Counted from the whole stretch's first letter, positions 36,889-51,500 are shown. The stretch is 63,112 nucleotides of DNA, filler included, from Perkinsus chesapeaki ATCC PRA-425 (GCA_013115145.1; 7 parts of 7 records of this genome joined end to end with filler, not necessarily neighbours in it), one strand, 5' to 3'. The notes: generated by a model from the letters alone, not told the origin. A program made the numbers and translations.

Positions 36889-39348
36889 ATGACTCGTAGT
36901 AGTAGTAGTATTATTACCATACTTGTTAAATCTATTGGTACTATATGTGGTATATTGGCTATTATATTGATAATAGGTGGTATACTTATCAAGACATTAT
37001 TTTATAATATACTTATTGATGGTATTGATAAAATGCGTTATATAGATAATACAATTGATATGGAAGGTGAATGTTCAAATCTATTAATAGGTGATTTAAC
37101 CTGTTATGGTTTAACATATAAAGCATGGTTAATGAGTTCTAATGATTTAAGAGATATATGTTTACAGGATACTGAACCCAATAATAAAGCTTTAAAAGCA
37201 TGGAGTGGTTGGTGTGATGATGATGATGATGAAGATGATGGTGGCAGTAGGTGTATAAAGGAAGATATGTGTCGTTACGGTATACCATATACTTATTATC
37301 CATATAATATCACTAATCCTAAAGATATACTAATTGGGTATAAACCAATAGTTGAAGAATTAGAACCAATAGAATTAGCAAAGAGTGTTGAGAAAGTTAG
37401 TGATTCAATAAATATTGATTTATGGAATAATGAAGGTATAGCTGAGTGGGATGAGATAAATACATTTAAACCAGCTAATAATGATGATAATGATTATATT
37501 AATAATAGAATGTCTGAGAAGGTTTATGTACCAAATATTGCATTATTTGGTACAATGAGTGTTAGTGGTCAAGATTTTATACCAATGGACACAATGGAGA
37601 CAATTGGTTTATTTAATATCATACAAAGTACAGTAAAGATGATATCCGATGCTATTGATAATAATACACCTACATCTATACAAACAATTATATTATCACA
37701 CTTTATAACATCACAGAATGCATCCAAAATGCAATATTTCCATTCATCATTATCCCTTTTATTAGGCCCTTTAGCTGGTCTTAATGGAGAATTATCTTTA
37801 AAAGGTTTAGGACCGTATTTTACAGCTAATCTACAAAATGGAAATATGATTGCTGCTAGCGTACCACCTACTATTATGGGTTCTGAATTATCAGCTTATA
37901 TGTTTAAATGTGTATCATTACATGATATTAATACAGAAAGTTGTATATATGATAATACTAATAATGATGATATAATTAAAAAGGATAATATTGATAATAC
38001 ATTCTCAGACACATCTAAAGAACGTATATGGAGATATATTTATGATACCAATTTTACTGATCAAACAGCATCTATGATTGGATTACTTATGTTACAATCT
38101 CAGTTAACCAATTCTGAGTTTACTTCATTTTTTAATCATATTAATTATGCACGTACCTACGCATTATCTAATTATCAACCATTGAGGCATCTTCTTTGGG
38201 ATGTTACAAATCCAAATAGTATTGAGTATGATGCTGATTACGAATATTATCCAAGATTCATAAGAATGACTGTTGGACAATTATTAGGTTATGAAGGTGA
38301 ATATTTCTTCGATAAGGTGACGCAAACCCCGATATCATTATCAACTGCTGGTACAACAAGAATAAGTTCAACAAGGCAATATATATCAAGTAAATATGGT
38401 GATAAAGGATTATTCTATTATACACAATATAATAATAAAGAATATGCTTGTACGTATGATAAAGATTGTATGCAACAAACGAGTTTTATAAATAATATGA
38501 CATGTGATATTGATATTAATGGATGTAATCCAACATTAGCTCATGGTTATAGTATACGTTATATACCAGGAACATTAAATAAGAAGGCTGATAATGAGGC
38601 TAATTATTATTATCATAAAGAGGGTGCTCAAGTAACAATATTTGTACCAGATATATTTAATCGTGTTCTATTTGATAACAATGAGACAGATATGGATTGG
38701 GATGGTTTAAAAGTTGATCGTTGGACTTTAAGTGATGTAACATTTAGAGTTGAAAATTGTAATGGAGAGAATCCATTATATAGTGCTGGTATTGATTGTA
38801 AATCACCTTATGTAACAGCTGATGTTGGTTATTATTTTTCACCTAATCCAACGTTAATAAAGTTACCATTATATGCTTCATTACCGCATTTCGCGGATAC
38901 TGGTAAAATGAGCTCTATTAAAGATAATTATTATCCAGGTGATGGTAGAATTGAAGTAATTGAATGTAGTGTTCATGAAACTTGTAAAGGTGGTGGTAAT
39001 CGTAATTTTATAAGTGAGATTTGGACAGAACCCATAACGGGTATGCTTATGTATGGTACTCAAAAGCTTCAGTTTAATTCATATTTTACACCAATTTCAA
39101 ATGTATCAAATGGTGATATTACTGAAGAAGTTTTACTTCCTTTGGTTTGGGTTGATAAGAATATGAAAGCATGGCCATTTCAAGTTGATGAAGCTAAAGT
39201 TATTCAAAAAGGAGTTGCCTTATTCAGTATACTGGGTATCATCCTAATTATTATTGGTGTCATTATTGGTATAGGTGCTGGTTTATTATTAAGAATGGGA
39301 ATAAAAAAGAATAAAGAAAATGCTGTGGGTCGAGTAGGACCTATTTAA
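36889..39348 (+). CDS. CD36/SCARB/LIMP-2-family scavenger receptor, intronless, N- and C-terminal TM helices
   Basis: YYPYNITNPKDILIGYKPIVEELEP, LPLYASLPHF, EPITGMLMYGTQKLQFN, LLPLVWV; two terminal hydrophobic helices. Confidence 0.9.
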   Translation: MTRSSSSIITILVKSIGTICGILAIILIIGGILIKTLFYNILIDGIDKMRYIDNTIDMEGECSNLLIGDLTCYGLTYKAWLMSSNDLRDICLQDTEPNNKALKAWSGWCDDDDDEDDGGSRCIKEDMCRYGIPYTYYPYNITNPKDILIGYKPIVEELEPIELAKSVEKVSDSINIDLWNNEGIAEWDEINTFKPANNDDNDYINNRMSEKVYVPNIALFGTMSVSGQDFIPMDTMETIGLFNIIQSTVKMISDAIDNNTPTSIQTIILSHFITSQNASKMQYFHSSLSLLLGPLAGLNGELSLKGLGPYFTANLQNGNMIAASVPPTIMGSELSAYMFKCVSLHDINTESCIYDNTNNDDIIKKDNIDNTFSDTSKERIWRYIYDTNFTDQTASMIGLLMLQSQLTNSEFTSFFNHINYARTYALSNYQPLRHLLWDVTNPNSIEYDADYEYYPRFIRMTVGQLLGYEGEYFFDKVTQTPISLSTAGTTRISSTRQYISSKYGDKGLFYYTQYNNKEYACTYDKDCMQQTSFINNMTCDIDINGCNPTLAHGYSIRYIPGTLNKKADNEANYYYHKEGAQVTIFVPDIFNRVLFDNNETDMDWDGLKVDRWTLSDVTFRVENCNGENPLYSAGIDCKSPYVTADVGYYFSPNPTLIKLPLYASLPHFADTGKMSSIKDNYYPGDGRIEVIECSVHETCKGGGNRNFISEIWTEPITGMLMYGTQKLQFNSYFTPISNVSNGDITEEVLLPLVWVDKNMKAWPFQVDEAKVIQKGVALFSILGIILIIIGVIIGIGAGLLLRMGIKKNKENAVGRVGPI

Positions 39349-39589
39349 ACATGATATTACACGTATTAATGATGTGAATTTATTGTTGTATGAATATTGT
39401 TGATTTAACTACCAAGTAAGCTACATCTCTCGAGAGAGAGCAGTTGGTAGAAGTGCCCTTAAATCACACCGACATCAAGATATTCAACCATTATCAATAA
39501 TGCACTTTATGACATAACACAACAATGTATTTAGACGATACTAAAAGGTGAAAGTTAGAATCAAGAAGACGTTGGTAAATTACGTATTA

Positions 39590-42500
39590 TTATTGTTGAG
39601 CGGTCGTATAAAGATTGTAATAAACACCTCTTTTGGCTAAAAGCTCATCATGATTCCCTTCTTCAACAGCTCGTCCTTCAGATATAACTATTATCTTATC
39701 AGCTTTCTTAATAGTTGATAATCGATGTGCAATAATGATACTCGTTGGTTTATCATTTGTTGTTGATGTTGATGAGGTTAAATCATCAATTGCTTTTTGT
39801 ACTATGGTTTCTGATGCCGAATCTAATGCTGATGTGGCCTCATCTAACATTATTAGCCTAAAAGGATTGGTTAATAATGATAACAATAATAATAATAATC
39901 ATATTACTTTGGATGTCTAATAAGTGCTCTTGCAATAGCAACTCTTTGTTTTTGGCCACCAGATAATAGACCACCTCGAGGCCCCAATGGGGCATCCCAA
40001 TGAACTTTATTTCCAGCAAAGTCACTCATACCTGCCTTATTAGCAACATCTATCATAACTTCCCTTGGAATATCACTAGGAGATCTAAAAGAATATACTA
40101 TTATTGTGGTCGAGTATGTTAATATTATTATTACCCATATCGAACATTATCTTCTAAAGTTAAATTAAATAGGACTGGTTCCTGTGAGACTAAACCACAT
40201 TGTGATCTCCACCATGATATATTAATATCATTTATATTGCAACCCTCAACAGATATCTAAATACAACAATAATCAATAACAACAACAACAACTACTAATA
40301 TTTACCGATCCATTATCAACATCATAAAATCGCTGTAATAATGAGAATACTGTACTTTTACCACCACCACTTGGACCTACCAATGCTATTGTCTTACCAG
40401 CTGGGATATTAATGGTAAGATTATTTAATATCTAAAGATAAATTATATATAATAAAGATACTAGTAATAACACCACTTACTGGAACTTGTGGTCTATTTG
40501 GATACGTAAAAGATACATTATTAAATGATATACTAATATTACTCTTCTCGTTACTATTATTATCAGGCTATAAATTAATAATAACTACTTATATATATAT
40601 TAATTATATTACTTTATTATTATTATTAGATGATAATAATAAACTATTCATTCTTCCCTCTATATTAGATAATGGATCACATTTACTTTCATAATCAAGT
40701 AGTTGAAATATATCATGTGCAGCTGTACGAGCTTCTTTAATATCTTTCATAAATGCTAATGCTTGACCAACTCCCATAGCAGATAAGAACACTCCCATTA
40801 AAGATTGCATCATTTTATCAAATGATAAACCATCATTATCAATAAGTGTTGCACCATACCAAAACCCTAATGCCAATGCACTTAATGTTATTAAACTAGA
40901 TAAACCATAGACAAATCCACTAATAACAGCCTCTTTGCTCTCTTTTTTAACTGATTTCATTATTAACATTTGAAATCTGATAATATCAATAATATATATA
41001 TTATTATATATAATATTTCTTACAAATCTCTTGTTCTTATTTCAGCTGTGAGTGCTCTTAATGTCCTTAAATTCTGTACCGATTCTGATATTATCTGATT
41101 AGCTTGACCATAACTATCTTCCTTATTTGATGATCCAATACCATCACCACTAATCATCATATCAATAGCACCTATAATGAATAACTTCCATTATTACCAT
41201 TGATTACCTATTCATATTAATACCTGATAATGCCACTAAAGGTAATGTTGCCAACATAACCGCAGCCAACTTTGGTGATGCACTAAATGATACTATAATA
41301 CCACCTACTGCTGTTGATGTTAATTGAGCAAATATACCTAAAAAATATCTAAATATAACTCATCCTCTTGCTGCTGCTGCTGCTGCTGCTGTTTATATTA
41401 AATATTATAATAATACTACCAAGTTGCGTTCCAGTCAATACATTCAACTTTAATGCATATGTCCCAAGGGTTGCAGTTAATCGACCTGGGGCATGCTCTG
41501 GCTCATCAAAATAAGGTATTTCCTAACAATAATAATTATGAATATTAATTATACTATTATTGAATAGCACTACCAGACGTAATATCTTTTCATAACACAT
41601 ACTTCGTACTCTACTAGTTAGATGCTCACCAATATAAGCAAATCCCCAGAATTGTAATATATTACCAATAGTTACACCGATAGCAACTCCAAGGAAGCTG
41701 ACAACGATAAATACGAGTAAGAGGAAGAAGATTTATAATATTTATTTTACCCTAAACTAGTAGCAACTATACCATTCATAAGGGTACTAGTATCTGGTTG
41801 AAACAAATACCCAAGTGCTTTAGATAATAATAATGCTTCTAATGGCATAGCTAAACCAGATAATACAGATCCAATTATAGATGGTATATAATAGATACTT
41901 TCCGGTTTAGATAATGATAATAAACGTATCCATGGAACCTATTATTATAATATCATAATCAGCACTAACATTAATAATAATATTTATATTATTATCTACT
42001 TTATACGTTTTAGATATCCGCTCAACACGTAGCTTCTCTGCCGCATCATCAGCATCATCATACATTGAAGATGATGTAAAACGGGTAATATTTGCTGTTT
42101 TCATATCAGGTCTCTTAACTTCATTATTAATAGAACATGACTTAACCATCAACGGTACATTAGCAGTTCCATCAACAACTCTTGAATGGTAATGGTGGTG
42201 ATGGTTATTGTTGATATTTGATGATTTACTACAACAATTAACATCATCATCATAATCATCATCAGTAGCAGCGTCTTGAGCTGATACCAATGAATAATAT
42301 TCCCCATTGCTTTTACCTATGTTATTATTATTATTGATTACCATGGTTATTATATTACTACTTATTAGATAATTATGTTTTCCGTATTCAACTATTTTAC
42401 CATGTTTCATAACATATATAATATCTGAGTTTCGTACAGTTGACAGCCTATGCGCTATTGATATTGTAGTTCTTAATTGAGATGTCCTTTGTAAACTAAT

Positions 42501-44890
42501 AATAATAATAAGTATAATTTATATATATATATACCTATCAATAGTTGATTGTACCATTTTTTCACTTTCATTATCTAAAGCAGATGTAGCTTCATCCAAC
42601 AATAGTATCTAATAACAGCAGCAGCAGCAGTCTCCTCCTCCTTCCACTACATACCACATATCACCATTACTATTACCTGTGGATTCCTTAATAATGCCCT
42701 AGCTATCGCAATCCTTTGCTTTTGACCACCAGATATTTGACTATTACCATTTGATGAACCACAATAAGTATCATAACCATTTGGTAGAGATGATATAAAT
42801 TTATGGACCTATTATTATAAATACAAAGCAATACTACTACTAATGCTAGCAATAGTAGTAGGTATAATAATTAGTAATAGTAATACATTAGCTCTTTCGC
42901 AAGCTTCCTTTATCTCTTTATCAGTTGGCATATTATCATTATTAATACCATATGTTAAATTATTACGTATAGATGTAGCAAAGAGTATTGGCTCTTGACC
43001 AACATACCTACTACGTACAATAACTATAATGATGATGATAACTATGGATTAATATTACCCAAATAAACATCTTATTGAAGATGGATTACCATTGTTAATA
43101 TTACGATAATCAATATCATTAAGTGTTACCATACCTCTATTAGGATCATAAAACCTTTCTAATAAAGCTAATACAGTACCTAATAATAATAATACAATAT
43201 ATAATAAACAATAGTAATACTATATTAATATTAATTATTACTTTTCCCTGATCCACTCTCTCCAACAAACGCTACCTTCATACCACGTTTAATGGTAAAT
43301 GAGATATTATCCAATACCTAATAATAATATTAATAATAAATAATATAATAATAATACTAATACCATAACATCTGGCCGGGAAGGATAACAAAAGGATACC
43401 CCTGTAAAAGTTAATGTATTAAACTGCTTAATTATTGTTTGTATATTAGTGTGCTGTGATATTAGTTGTTCTTGTTGGTCGTGTTTATTTGGTAATATAG
43501 GTGTTTCAATATTAGGTTTAATATTATCAATAACATCATATATATCATTAGCAGATGCCATACCTATCTGGAATACTTGTATGGGAGGCATTGCTTGACC
43601 CAGTCCAAATGTAGCTAAAAGATAGGAGTAGGTGGTGGTGGTTATAATAATAACTACTACTTATTACCAAACAATACAGAGAAGAATACAGTTAATATAT
43701 CCCCACCATTATAAGGTAGACCAGTCCATGTATTAATAGTACCATCTTCAACTAATGTACCACCATACCTATTAATAATAATTATACATAACAACAACAA
43801 CTATATATTACCAAAAAGTTAATGCATATGTACCATAAACTGCGCCAAAAGTGATACCAAGTGATATACCAGTATAAAGTCCACCTTTAATACCACCTAA
43901 TAATAACAATATATATAATAATAATATCAATATTACCTTTTCTAGCTTCAGCTAGTGCTGAGTTATATCTATCTAACTCTTTGCTTTGTGTACCAAAAGC
44001 CGTTACTGTTTTAATACAACTTAACGCTTCCTCAGCACATGCTCCTGCTTTTGCATACGATGTTTGAGATATCTTAGATGATTTAGTTAATGCAACACCC
44101 ATCATTGCTGATGATAATATAACAACTGGCATAGCTGCTAACATAACTAAACATACTTGCCAACCTCTTATAAATCCAATTGCTAAACCAGATATAAACA
44201 TAGATATATTCATAATACATAAACCAACTCTAAACCCTAACGCTTGCTGAACCTACGCATCATTATTATTATTAACAATCATCATCATCACTGCACTACT
44301 TTAGTAACATCTTCAGTCATACGGGTTGGTAATTCTGCAGGACTTATTCCATCAAACCAAGATACATCTTGTGATAATACTAAATATGGATATTAATATT
44401 ATTAATATTATCATTTACCAGCTTCAAAGTATCTTATCCTTATACGGGTAGCTTGGATACTTGATGTTGCTGTAAATATAGAATGCCAACTCCAAGAGAA
44501 TAATAATGAAGCGATACCGATATAGACCTAAAACAGCAGTAACAGCAGAAAGAATAATAATAGTATTGATACTAGTACTACTACCATGTATAGACACTGT
44601 GTAGATACAACTTGTACAACACTGTCACTAGTAGGATTACCAAGATCAGCTAATAATAATATCATTGTTGATGATGTTACTTCTGCTTCTTACCTAATGT
44701 ATCTCCGAATACATAAGAGAATAATGGGAATGCACATCCATGTAATATACCACATAATACAGCAAAACCTATTATTATTAATAATACCAATAATAATTAT
44801 TACTACTACATATTAATAATAACTCATATTTAGTAGCGTACCGATATAACTTAAGGTAGCTTACCATAAAGAAGAAGGAAACACACTAAT
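39590..44890 (-). CDS. ABCB: Full-length ABCB (MDR/P-glycoprotein) transporter, many exons; 5' end unresolved
   Basis: NBD1 [33 protein letters not shown]; NBD2 [42 protein letters not shown]; two TMDs; N-terminal LYRYA motif. Confidence 0.95.
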
Positions 44891-44894
44891 AATA

Positions 44895-45206
44895 AATAAT
44901 ACAGCAGCAGCACCAAGAGCAGCATTGTTAAAGTAGCTAGTAGTAGATATATAATACAGCAGCAGCAAGAGCAGCATTGTNNNNNNNNNNNNNNNNNNNN
45001 NNNNNNNNNNNNNNNNNNNNNNNNNNNNNNNNNNNNNNNNNNNNNNNNNNNNNNNNNNNNNNNNNNNNNNNNNNNNNNCTTAAAGTAGCTAGTAGTAGAT
45101 ATATAATACACAGCAGCAGCAAGAGCAGCATTGTTAAAGTAGCTAGTAGTAGATATATAATACAGCAGCAGCACCAAGAGCAGCATTGTTAAAGTAGCTA
45201 GTAGTA
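44895..45206. repeat. ~51-55-bp minisatellite spanning N gap 44981-45078
   Basis: Unit aaagtagctagtagtagatatataatacagcagcagc(acc)aagagcagcattgtt on both sides of the gap. Confidence 0.9.
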
Positions 45207-45627
45207 TATCTACTACTAGGCTAGTAGTACTAGCTTGGATGACCAAGCTAAACCGTGTCATACATTATTATTATCATTCTAGAGATGAGCCACCGACTTG
45301 GCTAAGGGCAGTCCACCAAGCATGGCGTGGCTGCGGACGTCCCTCCATGGTTAGTTAGCATGGTACGACGGTCAGGGTTTCGAGTGATCACGACAAAACA
45401 ACAAAAGATGGCTAATGAGGCTACTCATGGCATCCTAGTAAGGGTGATGCCTGAATCATACAAGCCAGCTGCTCCCTTGCTACCCGTACCACAAGGATAA
45501 AGGGTAGACAGCAGCAGCAGCAGCAGGAGGAGGAGGAGCACAACGCAGTGGTATAGCAGTAGTGGCAGTCTGCTACTCATACTTCGAATACTAGTAGGAT
45601 AAAGCAGGAGTTATTATACAACACTGC

Positions 45628-45880
45628 GCCGTAATACAATAGTCTTAGCAACAACAACTAAGGTCTGCTGGCCGTAATACAATAGTCTTAGCAACAACAA
45701 CNNNNNNNNNNNNNNNNNNNNNNNNNNNNNNNNNNNNNNNNNNNNNNNNNNNNNNNNNNNNNNNNNNNNNNNNNNNNNNNNNNNNNNNNNNNNNNNNNNG
45801 GCCGTAATACAATAGTCTTAGCAACAACAACTAAGGTCTGCTGGCCGTAATACAATAGTCTTAGCAACAACAACTAAGGT
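45628..45880. repeat. 43-bp minisatellite spanning N gap 45702-45799
   Basis: gccgtaatacaatagtcttagcaacaacaactaaggtctgctg at 45628, 45671, 45801, 45844. Confidence 0.93.
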
Positions 45881-46074
45881 GGTGGTGGTGGTTGTTGTTG
45901 ATGTCAAAGGTAATGATTTAAATCCTGATTTAAACACCAAAGATTATATCATTACTATTATTATAGATAACAGTGTTGTTGTTGTTGATGATGATGATGA
46001 TGATGATGATGATGTTATAATACATAAACTATACAGATAACATTATATTAACGGCTTCAGTTAATGATACTAGT

Positions 46075-48520
46075 TTATAATAATAATGATGATGATGACG
46101 ATGATGATGATTTCATACCGTCTTCTTCATTACTTATCGATAATTCTACCTCGACACCGTAATGATCAGATAATTGTGTAAATGCGAATTCCTAATAGAC
46201 TGATGATAATAATAATGTTGATATTACTACGAAATATTACTTGCAATGGATCATGAGAAGGTTGTGATACATGTGAATATAATCGCCCTCCTCCTACTAC
46301 TCCTCTACGCTGTGTTAAATGAAAACTATTAACTTGTGCTGATTTAACACTAACACCAGCCGCAGCAGCAGCAGCCGCCATCCCCCTTCTTGCTGTTGTT
46401 TGGTCATCATCATCTTTATCATCACGGTCTGATTATGATGATGATGATGTATTATTATTATATTCAATATTATCACTATTACCTATTATATGATGTGACG
46501 GAGCAGGTGGTGGAAAGTAAAATATATAATCAAGTGATTGATTAGTTTGCTCACCATGACCAGACCAATCAACTGGATCTGTTAATGCTCTTTCTGACGG
46601 TACAAAACCCCCTAATAAAGAATAGTTATCCAGGTATTTCCCATACTTTTACAGAATATATTATTACTACCATTATATTCCAGGGCACCTGTAGTAGATG
46701 ATCTAGATGTAACATGAAAATCAGCTGATGCATATGTAACTGGATGTTCACCAAGTTGTTGAAACAATACATCTTCGGTTACACCAATATCTTCAAGTTT
46801 ACTTTTTATCAACTTATATCTAATATTATACATAAATAACAGCATTTATACATCATTACTCATCAGAATCATCAACAGAATCGTGTGGACCAGTACGGGC
46901 ATTACAGTTAAAGTCACCAACTAATATAATCGGATATTTCCTAATCCTAATAGGAATTGATGATCTTTCAAGAGAAGGTGAATGAAGAGACTCGCTAAAT
47001 AAATACAATTGAACCAATAAGCTTATCCTTAATATTATTATTACCTATCATCATGATTATATGATACTTTACCAATAACCTAATAATAACATAATTTACA
47101 ACCAACATTAACAATGTTGTTATTACCTCTTGTAGAGGTGGTCTATTAATTGGTGAATCGGTTGTGCTAGCAGCAGAGCTAATACATACACATATATTCT
47201 TTACAATATCTATTATTATTACCTTCCATAACTATTCATTTTAGGTCGTCGTGGTGGTGGTGGTCTACTTTGATTAATAGTATCATCGATAATTCCTGTT
47301 GTATCTCCTTCTGTGGTGATGTCTTCTTCACTTGTACATTTTTTAATAAAATTTATTAACTCATCAATTTGACTTTGGCGTACTCTAGCAGCAACCTCAC
47401 CAGCTTTATCTAATAATATTAATTATCAATAATTATATTACCACAATTACCAGAATAACTAGCTTGTAGATGTGTTGAGAATAAATGTATAAAAACTCCT
47501 GGCGATGGATTTAATAATGCATATAATGCACCTACTACTATTGATAACCACAACAGTGATCATCTACCCCATCTATAATTAATACTACCTTTAGCTGCAA
47601 GTTGATCGGAGAATACTCCTGGTTGATATACAGTAGCACGTGACCGTACTATCCGTAAACGTGATAATATAATACCTATAATATTACTAATCCTTATCCA
47701 TATCTTATATAATCTTATTACATCCCCCATCAACTAGAAAGCCCGATGATCTCCTTTGTGGTGATGTAACCTTCCATCTAAAGCCCATACGTCTGGCACG
47801 TGAAATAAGCCTTTTACGTCTACCAGAGAAAGCACCAAACATCTCCTAAATAATAGTAAATTATATATCATCTTTAATATTATATAAATATTACTTGAAG
47901 GCATACAACATGATATCGTTGAAGATAAAATTTAGTAAATTCTTCAAGTCTTTGATCTTTATAATCATCATCTACATTATGAGTAAATCTAGGAGCTGGT
48001 GGTCTAATAAATATATTATACCTGCTATCATTAATATTAATAATATATTTATATTATATTACGAAAGTATCCTAATATTATTAACTATAGCAGGGCATGC
48101 TTCATGAAATGCTTCTAATTCATCAATATCTTCATCAATATCAGGTTCTTCACCGATAACATTAGACCATCCTGAATAATAATAATAATATTAAATAAAG
48201 ATTATTACCATATGGTAAACATCGACACATAGATTGTTTTACAATACCACTAAAACCCAATCGATTCACTATCAAATCCATAATAGAAAACAACTGCTAC
48301 TAGAGACATCCGAAACATCATACGCCTATCCATCGAAAGGCCAAGGTTCGATCCCGGGACATGTCATTATTAATTATTCAATTTTTAATATAGATGTACG
48401 CATACCCATATCATGGCCTTTATTAAATCTAAGTTAATATTATGGCTAACGTATACGGTGCTTCAACAGATAATGCTTTTAGAGGGTATGGTTCGGATAC
48501 TTCTTTAAGAGCTAAAGTAA
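46075..48520 (-). CDS. Endonuclease/exonuclease/phosphatase (EEP) protein, neutral sphingomyelinase-like, multi-exon; start uncertain
   Basis: DGG...ILSRLRI, SDQLAAKG, IHLFSTHLQA, RVRQSQIDEL, IILVGDFN, SLDYIF, terminal SDHYGV. Confidence 0.82.
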
Positions 48521-51500
48521 TAATAATATTTATAATAATTAATATTTATTATTAGTTTAATAATAATTGTGGGCGTGCGTAGGTTCTAGAGGATTCTTGA
48601 GAACTTGGCTCCTCTCGAGTTATCTTAGTTTTACACGCNNNNNNNNNNNNNNNNNNNNNNNNNNNNNNNNNNNNNNNNNNNNTTAATTAATTAANNNNNN
48701 NNNNNNNNNNNNNNNNNNNNNNNNNNNNNNNNNNNNNNACAGCTTTGCACTTCTTCGCCCAATTAATTAGATTCTGTCGCGTAGTGACTTGAGCGCTATC
48801 ATAACAAATAACATGTGATATCCTCAGTCCCGGCGAACTTCGGACTTCCACTGTCGAATACCTTATGAATACATAACATACATAACATACTCTACCTAGC
48901 TGCTGCCATCTGCTCACGCTCGGCCACCTAGAGCTCTGACTAGACGCTTGGTTTCCTCAAAGATATCCTTGTGCTTATCTGTCACCATCGCAGATACTCC
49001 AGTGAATCTAATCAAACAACTCTAATCTTTCACATATCCATCGATGAAATGGTTCCACATTGACCGCTCGTCGACCAAAAATTACCAAGCAAACCTTTTG
49101 AAGCCCGTACCAACCAAGAACCTCTCGAACACCTTATTTAGCATCATCTACTCTAAATGCATCCCTTTGAGTCACGGACTCTCAGTCGTCCCATTCAACG
49201 AAACCACATTTCTAGCGGGACATTCCAAGAAGATGTCACGCTTTCCCCTCATCAAGTGCCTTGCGCGCATCATCATTCTGCGCTGAGACTTAGCTCTCCA
49301 ACGACCCTATTTCCATAGGTTCACGTGACAGGGGGTAGGATTCCCTATATGATCTCACCGTGGAAGTGGTAGCCGAGACGAACACGGCTTATAGAGAACG
49401 CTCGAGTTCACCGGCAAAATCCTTTGTGATTCCGCGCATGCCAGAACCTTCGAAGATACCAGTAGTAACGCACTGTGAAGAATATTAAACCTACCCATCG
49501 CGCGGACACTTGCAGACTTTCAGGGGAAGCATTTGGCGGAGCTGAAGTGCCGTCCTCGAGAACGTACGCGAACACGCTACCTAACGGATCAAAAATGGAC
49601 TTGATAAAATTAAGAATTAATTTTTCAGCGCGAACCCGCTACCGTGCGAGGGCAAGCAGTTCCCATAACGGAAGATGACCACCAGCAGGGGAGAAGCGAC
49701 TCGAGATATACTTAATATCTGGACAGCTGGTACGCATCATTGTGCATTTCCGTCACTCAAGGGCCCCCTAATAAAAAGACTAGAAGAATTATTACTTTCG
49801 CAAAAAACGTGAAAAACTATCTTAGAATCCAGATTTTTTCCCAGTAGAGCTGTGGGATATTATATGCAGCGCAACGCCACATTTGCGACATACAAATCGC
49901 ATTGTAAAGAAAAACTTGCCGGAGTTATACTGTAGCTCTAACATAGTCGAGAGATTCTTACTTGTCCCAAATCCTGTAAGAGTTTCAAGACTCGCTCCAT
50001 GGCTTTTCAGTTGCATTGCCACTGCACGCTCCTTGCCACTGTCTGTGAATCCCAGGACAACCTAACGTACATCACAGAAAAATCTTCCGAGTGCGCACCA
50101 TTCTATCTTACAATATTCTTGCCAGTAAAGATACCTTCTCGACGGCTTCCGCCTTCTCTCATTCGACCTTCCCTCACGTGTTGAATCGCCGGTAGTGAAG
50201 CGGAGTCCAATCCTAAGCCGGCCGTCGAGTCGCCTATCGACAAGCCACTTCGACCGGCCACCGCTCGGGTGCCCTGGCAAGCATTGATGACATTCCTTTC
50301 GACAGGGCATGTGCTTGAAAGAGAGGATGGTTCCCTATTTCATTCACTCCTTGAGATTCCGCTCCGTAATTCGAATTATGTAATAGTTTGTGACGGCTGT
50401 CTCCTCTTTTCGTCTCATATTGTGTCGAAAGGTTGCACCACTATCTCGTTGGGTAGTAAGCGATCGTGATGAAGGGGATGATGAATGCGACAGTGCATCA
50501 ACTTGATACTATCAAGTGCCACAATTACACGCCTGCGATGATCAGATAGGTGAAAGTCATTTATACAAAAGTGGAAAAATATACCAAAAAACAAGGAATT
50601 AATGCAACAGTCAGTTACACTATTCAGTTGAAGTAACGTGAATAAACACACAGTGACTATTAACAAGGACAAACCTTACTCCGGTATGCCGGTAAGTAAG
50701 ACCAGTACGACTCCGTTTCACTTGTCGAGATGGGCCACGTCTCATCGATGATGCTTGACTAGCTGCAGGGGCACCAGAACGACTGAAAGGAATGATGTAA
50801 AGAGAACACACTTCATACCGCAAACACGAATTGGTGAAAATTCCGGTTGGGGCGCCGCCTCGATAGAAAACATTTACCCTCTGCCTCGTAAGACCAAAAC
50901 CAATGTCATCGTCAGGCATTAAATAGAACAACCGAACTAGAAGCGTTAGGGAATTGGTAAAGTCAAGTATTCAGAAAATTTCATAGAGGTTTTTGCAGGC
51001 CGCGAGTAGATCTAACTCTGTGTCAAAAAATATGCAAGTGGCTGCCCAAAAATTACGGCAAGGAAAATTTTGAAAAAATCAGCTGGTTTTACTAATATCG
51101 ACGCTCAGTGAAATTTGGCGCCCTGAGAGACCTGTAATGGTCTGGCAGATCAGACAGATGTGGACAGACAGTCACCGTGTCACTCTTCAGGAGATGGAAA
51201 ATGCGAGGAAGACTAACTAAAGTTCCAACGGCAATATTAAGTACACCAATTCAGAAGCTTTAAAATAAAACTTCATCCGCTCTAACAAGTGCAGAAGAAC
51301 TCGACGTGAAGTCGCAATGGGAAGACGTTCAGGAGTAAGAAGAAGCTCACCTAGTTTGAGATGGCTCCAGAGTGGCTGAAGTTGCCGACCGCTTCAATCG
51401 TATTTTCACGGACTCTACTCTATAGTGGAGTATCTAACAAACTGAACCTCCAGCACATCCGAGCGGCCAGGAAGACTCCCACTGAGGGTTACCTCCCAAC

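Noticed and set aside
45405-45414. TAGCCATCTT (minus strand) as a spliced-leader relic
   Set aside because: Only 10 nt match; the flanking CCG and GGCTCAAG are absent. TTTGGCTCAG near 3358 and 56354 likewise lacks the rest of the leader.
48345-48355. GGTTCGATCCC B-box as a tRNA
   Set aside because: No T-stem or cloverleaf; it is antisense to an exon of the EEP gene (HVPGSNLG).
49140-49290. KCGFVEWDD as a GRF zinc finger; CRKCGVALH (near 49875) as a piggyBac Cys-rich tail
   Set aside because: The other ligands are missing, the first frame has several stops, and no transposase core is nearby.
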